Assembly: GCA_949286115.1 (NCBI GenBank)
Contig: CASEBK010000013.1
Span: 13,677-77,676, forward strand
Reading direction: 5' to 3'
Source: an uncultured Veillonellaceae bacterium
GTDB lineage: Bacteria > Bacillota > Negativicutes > Veillonellales > Dialisteraceae
Length of the DNA: 64,000 nucleotides
Part shown: piece after piece, positions 28,347 through 38,285 of the stretch
Position numbering within the stretch: the first letter of the stretch is position 1
Layout of the letters: each line of letters begins with the position of its first letter
Program-made: the position numbers and the translations under genes
Notes under the pieces: generated by a model
What the model saw: only the letters and a program-made list of their open reading frames with translations
Database searches by the model: none
What the model was told of the DNA's origin: nothing

Positions 28347-29671
28347 AGATCGTCACCGTCTTTCTTGCTGCGGACGACGATGCGGATGGGCGTGCCTTCG
28401 AAGCCGAAGGATTCGCGGAGCCGGTTCTCGATGAAGCGCACGTACGAGAAATGGATGAGATTCGCGTCATTCGCAAAGAGGACGAATGTGGGCGGACGAA
28501 TGCCCACTTCCGTCATATAGTAGATCTTCGCCACGCGGCCAGCGTGCGCCGGCGGCGGGTTCACCATCTTCGCATCGTCCAGAAGATCATTCAGGACGCT
28601 CGTGGCGATGCGCATGCTGTGCTGGTCCGCCACATAGAAAAGAAGGTCCGCCAGCTTATGGATGCGCTGCTTCGTGAGCGCCGAGCCGAAGAGCACCGGC
28701 GCATACTGTGCGAAGGGCAGCGCCTTCCGAATATCCTCGGTGTAGTGCACCATGGTGTTGTTGTCTTTTTCGACGGCGTCCCACTTGTTGACGAGGAGGA
28801 TGAGACCCTTCCCCGCTTCGTGGACGTAACCGGCGATCTTTTTATCCTGCTCGGTGACCATGTCCCGCGCGTCCAGCACGAGCACCGCCACGTCGCAGTT
28901 GTCGATGGCGCGGATGGAGCGGATGACGCTGTATTTTTCCAGCGTGTCAGAGATCTTTCCTTTCCGCCGCATGCCCGCCGTATCGACGAGGACGAACTCT
29001 TTCCCCTGATATTTCCACAGGGAATCCACCGCGTCGCGGGTGGTGCCCCATTCGTCCGCCACGAGCGACCGCTCATAGCCCAGGAGCGCGTTGATGAGCG
29101 TGGACTTGCCCACGTTTGGCCGCCCGATGATGGCCGCGCGGATGGGATCGTTCTCCGAGCGCTCTGTCACCGGCGGGAATCCTTCTGTCACACGGTCCAG
29201 CAGATCGCCGAAGGACAGATGATTCACCGCGGAGATGCCGATGGGATCCCCTAGGCCGAGACCATAAAATTCATACACGTCCATCTCCTGATTCGCGCTG
29301 TCTACTTTGTTCACCGCCAGGACTACGGGCTTTCCCACCCGGCGGAGCATGCCCGCGATGATCTCGTCGTCATGAGTGACACCGCTTCGCGCGTCCGTGA
29401 CGAAGATGATGACGTCCGCTTCTTCGATGGCGAGCTGCGCCTGCTGACGGATGCCGTCCACCATCTGGTCCGCCTCATTGCGGAACTCGATGCCCCCCGT
29501 ATCGATCAGGGTAAATTCCCGGTCGAGCCAGCGCACGTCGCAGTAGATGCGGTCCCGGGTGACGCCGGGGATGTCTTCCACGATGGACACGCGCCGCTGT
29601 GCCAGCCCGTTGATGAGCGTCGATTTGCCCACATTCGGCCGCCCGACGATAGCTACGAGTGGTTTGCTCAC
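28343..29671 (-). CDS. der: Ribosome-associated GTPase Der/EngA
   Basis: Two tandem G domains (GRPNVGKSTL twice) and a KH-like C-terminus. GTG start follows a GAGGTGA RBS. Confidence 0.93.
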   Translation of the reverse strand: MSKPLVAIVGRPNVGKSTLINGLAQRRVSIVEDIPGVTRDRIYCDVRWLDREFTLIDTGGIEFRNEADQMVDGIRQQAQLAIEEADVIIFVTDARSGVTHDDEIIAGMLRRVGKPVVLAVNKVDSANQEMDVYEFYGLGLGDPIGISAVNHLSFGDLLDRVTEGFPPVTERSENDPIRAAIIGRPNVGKSTLINALLGYERSLVADEWGTTRDAVDSLWKYQGKEFVLVDTAGMRRKGKISDTLEKYSVIRSIRAIDNCDVAVLVLDARDMVTEQDKKIAGYVHEAGKGLILLVNKWDAVEKDNNTMVHYTEDIRKALPFAQYAPVLFGSALTKQRIHKLADLLFYVADQHSMRIATSVLNDLLDDAKMVNPPPAHAGRVAKIYYMTEVGIRPPTFVLFANDANLIHFSYVRFIENRLRESFGFEGTPIRIVVRSKKDGDDL

Positions 29672-29919
29672 TGTATCACCTCTTCTATACAGAACAGGGG
29701 ACCCCGCGCCGCGGAGCCGCCCGATTTTTCAATCCATTCATAACACAAAATACTTTTTTCCACAAGCCGGGGCTTCTTTTTCCCGTGAGGGAAGACCGAG
29801 CGCCTCGGTCCCTCCTCAAGAAAAAAAGATATGCGGCAGCCGCCGCCCCTGTGAGGACGATGGCTCCCGCATTCTTTCGCAAGTCCCGCTGGGGACTCTT
29901 CCCTGTATCGCTGAAAAGC

Positions 29920-31812
29920 TTATTCTTCTTCCGCGTCGTGAGAAGCCGCTTCTACGAGGGAGAAGCTGATTCTCTTTCTGTTTTCATCAATGCCGATGAT
30001 GCGGACTTTGATCTGATCGCCGAGAGCGCAGATGTCGCCCGGTTTGCGATTGTGGTCGCGGGTCATTTCATTGATGTGGAGCAGACCGGTGAGGCCGTCT
30101 TCCAGTTCGACGATGACGCCGAATTCGAGGACTTTGACAACTTTCGCATCCACCACGTCGTCGATGGCGTGTTCATGGATGGACGTTTCCCACGGATCCG
30201 GCAGGCATTCTTTGTGGGAGAAGGAGATCCTCTGTTTTTCTTTGTCGAAAGATTTGATCTTGACGTCGATCTCCTGTTCCGGCTGGAGCACGTCTTCCAC
30301 TTTGCCGATCTTCTTCCAGGAGATGTCGGAGATGTGGAGCAGGCCTTCTACGCCGTTCACATTGACGAACGCGCCGTAAGGCATGATCTTCTTCACGACG
30401 CCCTTGAGCACTTCGCCGTTGTGATAAGCACCTTCGAGCACGTCCAGTTCGCTGTCGCGGGCTTCTTCGAGGACCGCTTTGCGGGAGAGGACGAGGCGGT
30501 TCTTCGCGCGGTCGACTTCGAGGATCTTCGCCTTGAAGGTCTGGCCCACGAGGTTCGCCAGGGAATGAACGAAGCGGAGATCGCCCTGGGACAGCGGGAT
30601 GAAGCCGCGCAGGGATTTGATCTGAACGAGCAGGCCCACCTTGATGGCTTCGATGCCTTCGCATTCGACGGCTTCGTTCTTTTCAAACGCTTCTTCGACG
30701 ACGTCCCAGTCAGCGAGACGGTCGACTTTGATCTTGGATACGTAAATCGGGCTGTCTTCGCGGATGGCGTTGATGACCTGTACGCGGAGCTCGTCACCGA
30801 CTTTCAGTACGTCTTTCAGGGATTCCGGCACCGGATAGGCGTATTCATGCACAGGCAGGATCGCTTCGGTCTTGTAGCCGAAGGAGATGTACGCCTTATT
30901 GTCGAATACCTCCACCACTTTGCCGTTTACAACGCTGCCTTTCTTCACATCAAGATTGATGTCTTCAGATTCCAACAGCTTACTCATGTCTTCCATAATA
31001 CAAACTACCTCCTCTATGATCCAGTCCGGTGTGGAAGCACCGGCGGTGATGCCAACCTTGTCCTGGTGGTGAAACCATGTGGGACGGAGTTCCGCCGCCG
31101 TTTCAATGTGATAGGTCACCGCACCCTCTTCCCGACAGACTTCCGCGAGCCGGGTCGTGTTGGCGCTGTTATGCCCGCCGATGACGATCATCACGTCCAT
31201 CTTTCGTGCCAGTTCTCTGGCAGCATGCTGCCGGTCGCTCGTCGCGCGGCAGATCGTCTTGTGGACTTCCACCCTGTCCGCTTTTTTTGAAACAGCTTCG
31301 ATGAGCTCGTCCGCCAGTGTCTCTGAGAAAGTCGTCTGGATCACGATGTGCGCTTCCGAAAGATGCGGGAGCGCGGCCACGTCATCCATGGTCTCGATCA
31401 GCCAGGAACGGCCGTCCGCCCACTCTGCGACGCTCTTCATTTCAGGATGATTTTTTTCACCGATGAGCACAACCTGATGTCCTTCCGCTACGAGCTCTTT
31501 TGTGATCTGCTGGTTCCGCATGACAAAAGGGCAGGTAGCATCTACCAAGGCCAGATTTTTGCACTTGATATCATTATAGCACGAAGGCCCCACACCATGC
31601 GAGCGGATAATAACAATTTTATCATGAAATTCCGACAGATCATCGAGGGCTGGAACGCCTTTCGCATCCAGGCGCTCCACCACCTGCGGATTGTGGATGA
31701 GGGGGCCCAGGGTCGCCGCGGGCTTTCCCGACGCGGCCGTATCGAGGGCCAGCTTCATCGCCCGGCGCACGCCGTAGCAGAAGCCCATTTCTCTCGCTCT
31801 GTAGATCTCCAT
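29920..31812 (-). CDS. ispH: Bifunctional IspH (4-hydroxy-3-methylbut-2-enyl diphosphate reductase) fused to four S1 RNA-binding domains
   Basis: N-terminal ~280 aa is LytB/IspH (MGFCYGV.RA, ..ATCP.V.., ..GG.NS.NT..L). It is followed by repeated S1 motifs (G.VV.G.V..., GF(I/L)P.S, GLLHIS). Start is ATG 31812 after GAGGAGG. Confidence 0.88.
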   Translation of the reverse strand: MEIYRAREMGFCYGVRRAMKLALDTAASGKPAATLGPLIHNPQVVERLDAKGVPALDDLSEFHDKIVIIRSHGVGPSCYNDIKCKNLALVDATCPFVMRNQQITKELVAEGHQVVLIGEKNHPEMKSVAEWADGRSWLIETMDDVAALPHLSEAHIVIQTTFSETLADELIEAVSKKADRVEVHKTICRATSDRQHAARELARKMDVMIVIGGHNSANTTRLAEVCREEGAVTYHIETAAELRPTWFHHQDKVGITAGASTPDWIIEEVVCIMEDMSKLLESEDINLDVKKGSVVNGKVVEVFDNKAYISFGYKTEAILPVHEYAYPVPESLKDVLKVGDELRVQVINAIREDSPIYVSKIKVDRLADWDVVEEAFEKNEAVECEGIEAIKVGLLVQIKSLRGFIPLSQGDLRFVHSLANLVGQTFKAKILEVDRAKNRLVLSRKAVLEEARDSELDVLEGAYHNGEVLKGVVKKIMPYGAFVNVNGVEGLLHISDISWKKIGKVEDVLQPEQEIDVKIKSFDKEKQRISFSHKECLPDPWETSIHEHAIDDVVDAKVVKVLEFGVIVELEDGLTGLLHINEMTRDHNRKPGDICALGDQIKVRIIGIDENRKRISFSLVEAASHDAEEE

Positions 31813-31825
31813 CGTTCCTCCTCTG

Positions 31826-32452
31826 TCAGTCTTTCGGCACCCAGCCTGCTCTCTCATAGTAGTCCGCCCGCATGCGCAGGAGCTCGGCCCGGACGGCATC
31901 GTTCACTTCTTTCATCGCTTCCGGCGTGGGACGCCCTTTGGTGACGGGGATGGGCGTGCCGAAGACGACCGCCAGAGGCCCGTCTTTCTTCGGCAGATGC
32001 TCCGTACCGATGACGGCCACCGGCAGGATGGGCGTGCCCGTCATGAGGGCCAGCGACGCCATGCCGTCATGGAAACGGCCGATGCGGTTCCCATGAGTGC
32101 GCGTCCCCTCGGGAAAGATGCCCAGGGGCTGCCCCTCCTTCAATTCCTTGAGCGCCTGCCGCACCGCTGCCCGGTCCACCGTGCCTCTCTTTACCGGAAA
32201 GGTGCCGAAGTAACGGATGGCCGCGGCGAAGACGGGATTGCGGAAGAGCTCTTCCTTCGCCATGTAGTGGATGATCCGCGGCGAGCACACGCCGATGGCG
32301 GGCGGATCGAAATTGCTCTTATGATTGGGCGCGATGATGACCGCCCCTTCTTTCGGGATGTTCTCCACGCCTTCGCAGCGGAGCCCTTTCACCGTGAAAA
32401 AATAGAAGCCCATCACGGCCCGCACGAACGCACACACCACACGGTACATCAT
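31826..32452 (-). CDS. plsC: 1-acyl-sn-glycerol-3-phosphate acyltransferase
   Basis: Motifs NHKSNFD (HxxxxD), FPEGTR and a PIxPV-type block PILPVAV. Confidence 0.88.
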   Translation of the reverse strand: MMYRVVCAFVRAVMGFYFFTVKGLRCEGVENIPKEGAVIIAPNHKSNFDPPAIGVCSPRIIHYMAKEELFRNPVFAAAIRYFGTFPVKRGTVDRAAVRQALKELKEGQPLGIFPEGTRTHGNRIGRFHDGMASLALMTGTPILPVAVIGTEHLPKKDGPLAVVFGTPIPVTKGRPTPEAMKEVNDAVRAELLRMRADYYERAGWVPKD

Positions 32453-33123
32453 CGCTCTTCGCCCGCTTTCTCCCGGCAGATCTTCATGATGGCCTCCGCC
32501 GTCTCTTCGAGAGTGAGATCGCTGTTGTCCAGATGGACCGCGTCTTCAGCCGCGACGAGCGGCGAGGCCGCGCGGGTGCTGTCCAGCAGGTCCCGCCGAC
32601 GGATGTCTGCTTCGATCTCATCCACGGAGAGGCCCGCTTCGCTGCCGCCAAGCTCTTTATACCGGCGGATGGCGCGAGTGCGTGGCGAAGCGGTGAGGAA
32701 GATCTTCACGTCTGCTTTCGGCAGTACCACCGTGCCGATGTCCCGGCCGTCCAGGACCGTGCCGCCCGCGGCGGAGAGCTTCCGCTGGAGCGCCACCATG
32801 ACCGTGCGCACGTCAGGAATGGCGGACACCCGAGACACCGCCCCAGAGACTTCCGCCGTGCGGAGATGATCCGTCACTTCTTCCCCCGAGAGGAAGACCC
32901 GCATACGCCCTTCGCCCGGCGCGACGGTCATATCGAGACCCGCCGCCATGGCAGCGATCGCGGCCTCCTCCTCGATCCCTCGGCGGAGCGCTTCGTACGT
33001 CACCGCGCGGTACATCGCGCCTGTATCGAGATAGGTATAGCCCATGCGGCGTGCCAGGATCTTTGCGACACTGCTCTTGCCCGCCCCCGCCGGGCCATCG
33101 ATGGCAATGGATAATCGTTTCAT
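32449..33123 (-). CDS. cmk: Cytidylate kinase
   Basis: IAIDGPAGAGKSSVAK...LDTGAMYR. Confidence 0.92.
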   Translation of the reverse strand: MKRLSIAIDGPAGAGKSSVAKILARRMGYTYLDTGAMYRAVTYEALRRGIEEEAAIAAMAAGLDMTVAPGEGRMRVFLSGEEVTDHLRTAEVSGAVSRVSAIPDVRTVMVALQRKLSAAGGTVLDGRDIGTVVLPKADVKIFLTASPRTRAIRRYKELGGSEAGLSVDEIEADIRRRDLLDSTRAASPLVAAEDAVHLDNSDLTLEETAEAIMKICREKAGEER

Positions 33124-33159
33124 CAGAATCCTCCTTTTCCCTCGCTCTCTTTCCCTTTT

Positions 33160-34419
33160 TTATCTCCCCTGCACGGCCGCGGCGGCGCTCTCTGCGGCGA
33201 CCCAGCCGGTGGAAAAGGCCGCCTGAAGGTTATAGCCGCCGGTGAAGGCGTGCACATCCATCACTTCGCCGGCCAGATACAGCCCGCCCACGAGCTTCGA
33301 CTCCATGGTAGAAGACTGGATCTCTTTCACCGACACGCCCCCGGCAGTGACGATGGCCTCCTCGATGGGCCGCGTCCCCGTGACGGCGAGCGGCATGTGC
33401 TTGATCGCATAGCGCAGGTTCGCCCGCTGATGACGCGTGAGCTCTGCCACGGGAAGCTCCGGCGGGATATCCGACATGCGGAGGATCACATCGATCATCC
33501 GATGCGGCAGGAGATCCTGCAGAGCGTTCCGCATCTGCTTCAGATGGAATTTCGCCAGATCCCTCAGGATGCGCTTATCCAGCACTTCTTCCGAGAGGGC
33601 CGGCTTCATATCGATCTCGCCGGAGACTTCGTGCCCCTGAGAGAGCCACAGCGACACCTGATCGGAGAGTGACAGCACGATCGGCCCGGAAATGCCGAAA
33701 TGGGTGAAGATCATCTCTCCCTGCAGGGCCGCTTTCCGCCGACCGCCCGCCGAGACCGTGAGCGCCACATTGCGGAGAGACAGCCCCTGCAGCTCTTTGC
33801 AGTAGGCGTTGGCGCATACCAGCGGGATGAGCGCCGGCCGAAGCGCTGTCACCTTGTGGCCCAGTTCCGCCGCCATGCGGTAGCCGTCGCCGGTGGAGCC
33901 GGTACGGGGGTACGATTTCCCGCCCGTGGCCAGAATGCACGCCGCAGCCGGCAGCGTGCCCCGGGACGTCTCCACCGCAGAGACGCGCCCGTCCTCCGTC
34001 AGGATATGGTGCACAGGGTCCGACAAATGGAGATGGACGCCTGTCTCTTCGATCTTCCGCATGAAGAGACGGCGCACCTCCTGCGCGTCTTCGCTCTTCG
34101 GGAAGACCCGTCCGCCCCGTTCGGCCACAGTCTCCATGCCCCACCGGCGGAGCAGCTCCAGCAGGTCCGTGTTGGAAAACTGCCGGTAGGCGCTGTAGAG
34201 GAATTTCCCGTTTCCCGGTGTTTTCCCGATAAATTCTTCGATGGGCGCGCTGTTCGTGAGATTGCATCGGCCCTTGCCCGTGATGCCCATCTTGAGGCCC
34301 ACCCGATCCATCTTCTCGAAAAGGTGCACCTCCGCGCCCAGCTCGGCGGCGTGCACCGCGGCAAGGAGGCCCGCCACACCCGCGCCGATGACGGCGATCG
34401 TCTTATTTTCCGAATTCAT
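33160..34419 (-). CDS. NAD(P)/FAD-dependent oxidoreductase, HI0933/BaiN (YhiN) family
   Basis: GAGVAGLLAA dinucleotide fold, GKGRCNLTN motif and C-terminal GGYNLQ.A..(T/S)G. Confidence 0.82.
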   Translation of the reverse strand: MNSENKTIAVIGAGVAGLLAAVHAAELGAEVHLFEKMDRVGLKMGITGKGRCNLTNSAPIEEFIGKTPGNGKFLYSAYRQFSNTDLLELLRRWGMETVAERGGRVFPKSEDAQEVRRLFMRKIEETGVHLHLSDPVHHILTEDGRVSAVETSRGTLPAAACILATGGKSYPRTGSTGDGYRMAAELGHKVTALRPALIPLVCANAYCKELQGLSLRNVALTVSAGGRRKAALQGEMIFTHFGISGPIVLSLSDQVSLWLSQGHEVSGEIDMKPALSEEVLDKRILRDLAKFHLKQMRNALQDLLPHRMIDVILRMSDIPPELPVAELTRHQRANLRYAIKHMPLAVTGTRPIEEAIVTAGGVSVKEIQSSTMESKLVGGLYLAGEVMDVHAFTGGYNLQAAFSTGWVAAESAAAAVQGR

Positions 34420-35125
34420 ACAGCCGCGCGACCTCGCTCTCCGTGAGCGGGCGGTACTTGCCCTTCGCCACGCCGTCCAGCGTGAGGAACGCGTACTGTA
34501 CCCGCTTCAATTCAAAGACAGGATAGTGGAATTTCTCCATCATCCGCCGCACTTCCCGGTTCTTTCCTTCGTGGATGGTCACCTTGAGATACGTCCGGTT
34601 CCGCACTTCATCGTAGCGCAGGACCTCCACTTCGCACGGCGCGGTGCGGCCGTCTTCCAGATCGACGCCCTTTTCCATCCTCGCGGCGAGCGCTTCGGAA
34701 AATTTCCCCCGCACCGTCACTTCGTACGTCTTGGGCACCTCCCTGCTGGGATGGGTCAGGAGATGGTCCAGCGCGCCGTCGTTCGTCATGAGGAGCAGCC
34801 CTTCCGTGTGGTAATCGAGACGTCCCACGGGAAAGATGCGCTCTTTCACCGTAGGAAAGAAATCCATCACCGTCCGCCGTCCCTGGGGGTCCTTCACAGA
34901 GGAGATCACCCGGTCCGGCTTGAAAAAGAGAAAATAGCGAAGGCGCTCCGGACGCACGGGCCGGCCGTCCACCTCGATGCGGTCTTTCCGGATATCCGCC
35001 TCCGTGCCGAGCTCCCGGACGACACGCCCGTTCACCCGCACTTTCCCCGCGAGGATGAGCGCCTCCGCTTTCCGGCGGGACGCCACCCCGGCGTGGCTCA
35101 AGACTTTCTGCAAACGCTCTTTCAA
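34403..35125 (-). CDS. rluB: rRNA pseudouridine synthase (RluB/RsuA family) with S4 domain
   Basis: S4 domain (RLQKVLSHAGVASRR.AE..I..G.V.VNG) and catalytic GRLDYHTEGLLL. No ATG is available, so I propose TTG 35125, 6 nt after AAGGAGA and abutting the scpB stop. Confidence 0.85.
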   Translation of the reverse strand: MKERLQKVLSHAGVASRRKAEALILAGKVRVNGRVVRELGTEADIRKDRIEVDGRPVRPERLRYFLFFKPDRVISSVKDPQGRRTVMDFFPTVKERIFPVGRLDYHTEGLLLMTNDGALDHLLTHPSREVPKTYEVTVRGKFSEALAARMEKGVDLEDGRTAPCEVEVLRYDEVRNRTYLKVTIHEGKNREVRRMMEKFHYPVFELKRVQYAFLTLDGVAKGKYRPLTESEVARLYEFGK

Positions 35126-35655
35126 AATAATTCTCCTTCCGTCATCCGCTTCTCCCAGGCCGCGCGGAGCTCCTTCACATCGGAGATCCCCGCGCACTGG
35201 AGGAAGCGCTTCGTCGTGCCGTACAGGATGGGCCGCCCGGGCACGTCGAGCCGGCCCCGTTCTTCGATCAGGTCCTTTTCCATGAGAGAGGCCAGCACGC
35301 GTCCGGCGGACACGCCGCGGATACGCTCGATCTCCGCCCGCGTCACCGGTTCCCGCCCCGCCACGACGGCGAGCGTCTCCAGCGCCGCCGGCGAGAGAGG
35401 CGCTCTGCCCCCGGCGGTCTCCTGCAGCCAGGCGTCGTACTCCTTCTTCGTGGCGAGCGCGATGCCCGCGCCGGACGCATGGAGCTGGATGCCCGAATCT
35501 TCCCGGCTGTATTTTTCCCGGAGCACGGCGAGCGCTTCCTCGATGCGTCCTTCGTCCTCTTCCATCACCGAGACGAGCTCCGCCTTTTTGACCGGCGCGC
35601 CGTGGATGAAAAGATACGCCTCCAGCGCCGCTGCGAGCCGGTCCGTACCGCGCAT
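35122..35655 (-). CDS. scpB: Segregation and condensation protein B
   Basis: 177 aa with LEA.LF....PV and ..LS.AALETLA(V/I)(V/I)A..QP(V/I)TR.EIE.IRGV patterns. Confidence 0.88.
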   Translation of the reverse strand: MRGTDRLAAALEAYLFIHGAPVKKAELVSVMEEDEGRIEEALAVLREKYSREDSGIQLHASGAGIALATKKEYDAWLQETAGGRAPLSPAALETLAVVAGREPVTRAEIERIRGVSAGRVLASLMEKDLIEERGRLDVPGRPILYGTTKRFLQCAGISDVKELRAAWEKRMTEGELF

Positions 35656-35689
35656 GGTCTCCCTCCTTATTTCACGATCTATATATTAC

Positions 35690-36409
35690 CTATTTTGTAT
35701 GATACGACCGGAGCACGATGCCCCCGGCCTCCTCGTCCGCCTCCACTTCGCCCGTGCGGATGAGCTCGAGGAGCGCCACCAGCGCCACGGCGAGAGCCAT
35801 GCGGCTCTTCTGCCGGAGGAAGAAATCCCGCATAGGCCGCCAGCCGCCCCCTGTAAGGTAGGCCCGGAGGCTCTCCGCCTGCCCGTCGAAGGTCACTTCC
35901 TCCGCCGCCAAAAGGCGGGTCGCCTCTTCCTTCCGCTCGTCAAACAGGGAAAAAAAAGCCGCCGCAAGGCGCGCCGTGGAGATGCGCCCGGCATACGCCC
36001 CGGGGCGGAGCTCCGCTGCCTCCCGCAGGCGGTACGGCGCTTCTTTCGCGAGCAGGTCTTCCAGCATCTGCCGCATTTCTTTCATCTTTTTGAACTCTTC
36101 CAGCGAGCGGGCGAGCTCCTGCCGCGGATCTTCGTCTGCGCCGTCTTCTTCCTGCCGCCGCTTCGGGAGCAGGATGCGCGACTTGATGAGAAGCAGCGTC
36201 GCCGCCATGGAGAAGAAGCTCGATCCCAAGTCGAGGTCAAAAGCCCGGGCCTTCCGCAGGTAGTCCAGGTACTGGTCGGTGATCTCGTGGATGGGAATGT
36301 CGTGGATGTCGATGCGGTCCTTCGTCACCAGATGGAGCAGAAGGTCCATGGGCCCCTCGAAGACGGGGAGGGACACTTCGTACCCCGCTGTTTCTGCCGT
36401 GTCTCCCAT
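35690..36409 (-). CDS. scpA: Segregation and condensation protein A
   Basis: V.L..FEGP(M/L)DLLLHL(V/I)....(I/V)DI.DI.I..I..QYL. N-terminus. Confidence 0.88.
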   Translation of the reverse strand: MGDTAETAGYEVSLPVFEGPMDLLLHLVTKDRIDIHDIPIHEITDQYLDYLRKARAFDLDLGSSFFSMAATLLLIKSRILLPKRRQEEDGADEDPRQELARSLEEFKKMKEMRQMLEDLLAKEAPYRLREAAELRPGAYAGRISTARLAAAFFSLFDERKEEATRLLAAEEVTFDGQAESLRAYLTGGGWRPMRDFFLRQKSRMALAVALVALLELIRTGEVEADEEAGGIVLRSYHTK

Positions 36410-36534
36410 GGTCCTCCTTTCCCGCCGGAGCGCCTTTCACTTCGGATGTATGATAACACAATCCCCGCGGCGTGTACAACGCGCGCGGCCGCGCAAAAAG
36501 GCAGCTCTGCGAAAGCTGCCTTCTGTCTTTTTCC

Positions 36535-37833
36535 TCATGCTTTTGCCGCGGCCTGCTTCTCCAGCATGATGGAGAGGATCTCCTTATCCGTGGCGACCAT
36601 GCCGGGATTGCTCACCAGCCCCATATTGCGGATGCAATCTTCCGGCGATTCGGCGGCGATGCCGTCGGTCGTGCGAATGACGGCGCCGTTCGCTGCGAGC
36701 ATGGCGCTCATGAGGCCGCCGGCCGCCGCTGTGGCGAGCTTGAGCGCGCAGCCCACCTTGCCGCCGTCGCAGATGATGCCCGTGATGTTCCCCGCCATGT
36801 TGCGGATGGCCCAGCCGATCTCTTCGTCGCCGCCGCCCATGAGCCAGGTGATGGCCGCGGCCGCCGCGGGAGAGGCCGCCATGCTGCACGCGCAGATCGC
36901 GGAGAGCTTGCCCACGTAGGAGTTGATGTACTCGTTGAGGAGATGTGCAAAGGCGATGGCCTTCACCGTCATTTCCCGGGAGCTCCCAAGTTCTTTCGCC
37001 GCCTCTGCCACGGGGATGATGACGGCGATGCCCTTGCTGCCGCTGCCTGCGCTCGACATCACCGCGTAGGGACAGCCGTCGAGCCGCCCTTCCGTGGCCG
37101 CCGCCACGCGCCGCATGATCCGCCCGAGGAGCGCCTGCCCGAGAAGGGCGCTCTTTTCCGACTTCATGGTCTTCGCGATGCCTACGCCCACGCCGTCCAT
37201 ATGCATGCTGTACTTCGCCGCGTCTTCATTCATCTCCACGCCGTCCAGAAGGAACGCCAGCTCGTCTTCCGAAGCGGAGTCCACCAGCGCGCGGATCTCG
37301 GCGATCTTCATAGCGCGCAGCTTTTCGAGGAGCGGGTCCGCCACCTTCGTCCCAGCGGGCTTGGCAAAGACCGTCTTCCCGTCCACCTTCGTGGAGACGA
37401 TGTTCGCATGGCTCTGCACGATCTCCGACTCGCCCACACCGGCGGACGTGGTCACCTCGCACTTCACATACACGCCCTGCTGGTCCCGGTTGATGTCCAC
37501 GGTGACGGCGCCGCTCTCGGCGAGGGCTTTCGCCGCCTCCGCGATCTCCGGCGTGATCTCCTTCAGAAGTTCCAGCTCCCGCTCGGGATTGGCCAGGTAC
37601 GCCCCGAGAGCCGCCGCATAGGGGATGCCGATCTTATCGAAATTCGGGATGCCCACGGCCATGCCGTTCTTGTAGATGTTCCCGCTCACCACGACGTGCA
37701 CGCGCTCTGCGGTGCCGCCCACGGCCTTCGCCGCATCCGCCGCGGCCAGAGCCACCGCCACCGGCTCGGTACACCCGAAAGCGGGCACCACATTTTTATG
37801 AAGCATCTGGAGCATTTCTTCTTTCGTCAGCAT
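36535..37833 (-). CDS. UPF0597 / L-cysteine desulfidase family protein (serine dehydratase alpha-like)
   Basis: 432 aa. The N-terminal ...VVPAFGCTEPVAVALAAA... matches the YhaM/CyuA-type family signature. Confidence 0.75.
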   Translation of the reverse strand: MLTKEEMLQMLHKNVVPAFGCTEPVAVALAAADAAKAVGGTAERVHVVVSGNIYKNGMAVGIPNFDKIGIPYAAALGAYLANPERELELLKEITPEIAEAAKALAESGAVTVDINRDQQGVYVKCEVTTSAGVGESEIVQSHANIVSTKVDGKTVFAKPAGTKVADPLLEKLRAMKIAEIRALVDSASEDELAFLLDGVEMNEDAAKYSMHMDGVGVGIAKTMKSEKSALLGQALLGRIMRRVAAATEGRLDGCPYAVMSSAGSGSKGIAVIIPVAEAAKELGSSREMTVKAIAFAHLLNEYINSYVGKLSAICACSMAASPAAAAAITWLMGGGDEEIGWAIRNMAGNITGIICDGGKVGCALKLATAAAGGLMSAMLAANGAVIRTTDGIAAESPEDCIRNMGLVSNPGMVATDKEILSIMLEKQAAAKA

Positions 37834-38199
37834 ATTTGCCTCCTTTTTGATAACCGGATTCGATGTTCCAATTCATTTTTATTATACATCATTTTCGTGG
37901 CGCCGCCTGCCGAACATTCTTTTCGTTTCAAAGTCCTCTCCCTCCCCTTCTGATGACACTGCTCTCTTCAGATGACATCGCTCCCTTCTGATCCCGTTGT
38001 GCGTTTTCTTTTTTCATTCTGAAATTTCCTGTACCGAAGCGATCTTCCTTTTCCATTTCGCTCTGCGTTTTCCTGCGGCTCCTTTCGTTCGCCATTCTTT
38101 TTCTGTATGGCAATGCGAAATTCTCACACATTGCCGCCTTGACAAAAAAGCGGCGCCCGTTCCGCAAAGACAGGGCGGGCCTTTTCTCTATCCTCGCAA

Positions 38200-38252
38200 G
38201 GCACAATATGTAGCGGGCGTGATTTGACTTTGCTACAGGATATGGATACACT
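38200..38252 (+). promoter_or_regulatory. nrdGD promoter with one NrdR-box-like palindrome just upstream of -35
   Basis: TTGACT (38224-38229), 17 nt spacer, TACACT (38247-38252). CACAATATGTAG (38202-38213) resembles the NrdR box core (acaCwAtATaTwGtgt). Confidence 0.5.
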
Positions 38253-38285
38253 ATAAACGAACTCACAAAAAGGGGGGAACGGGCA

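Noticed and set aside
38248-38263. Second NrdR box overlapping the nrdG -10
   Set aside because: Only the left half-site (ACACTATA) matches, and the ~47-bp spacing to box 1 is out of helical phase.
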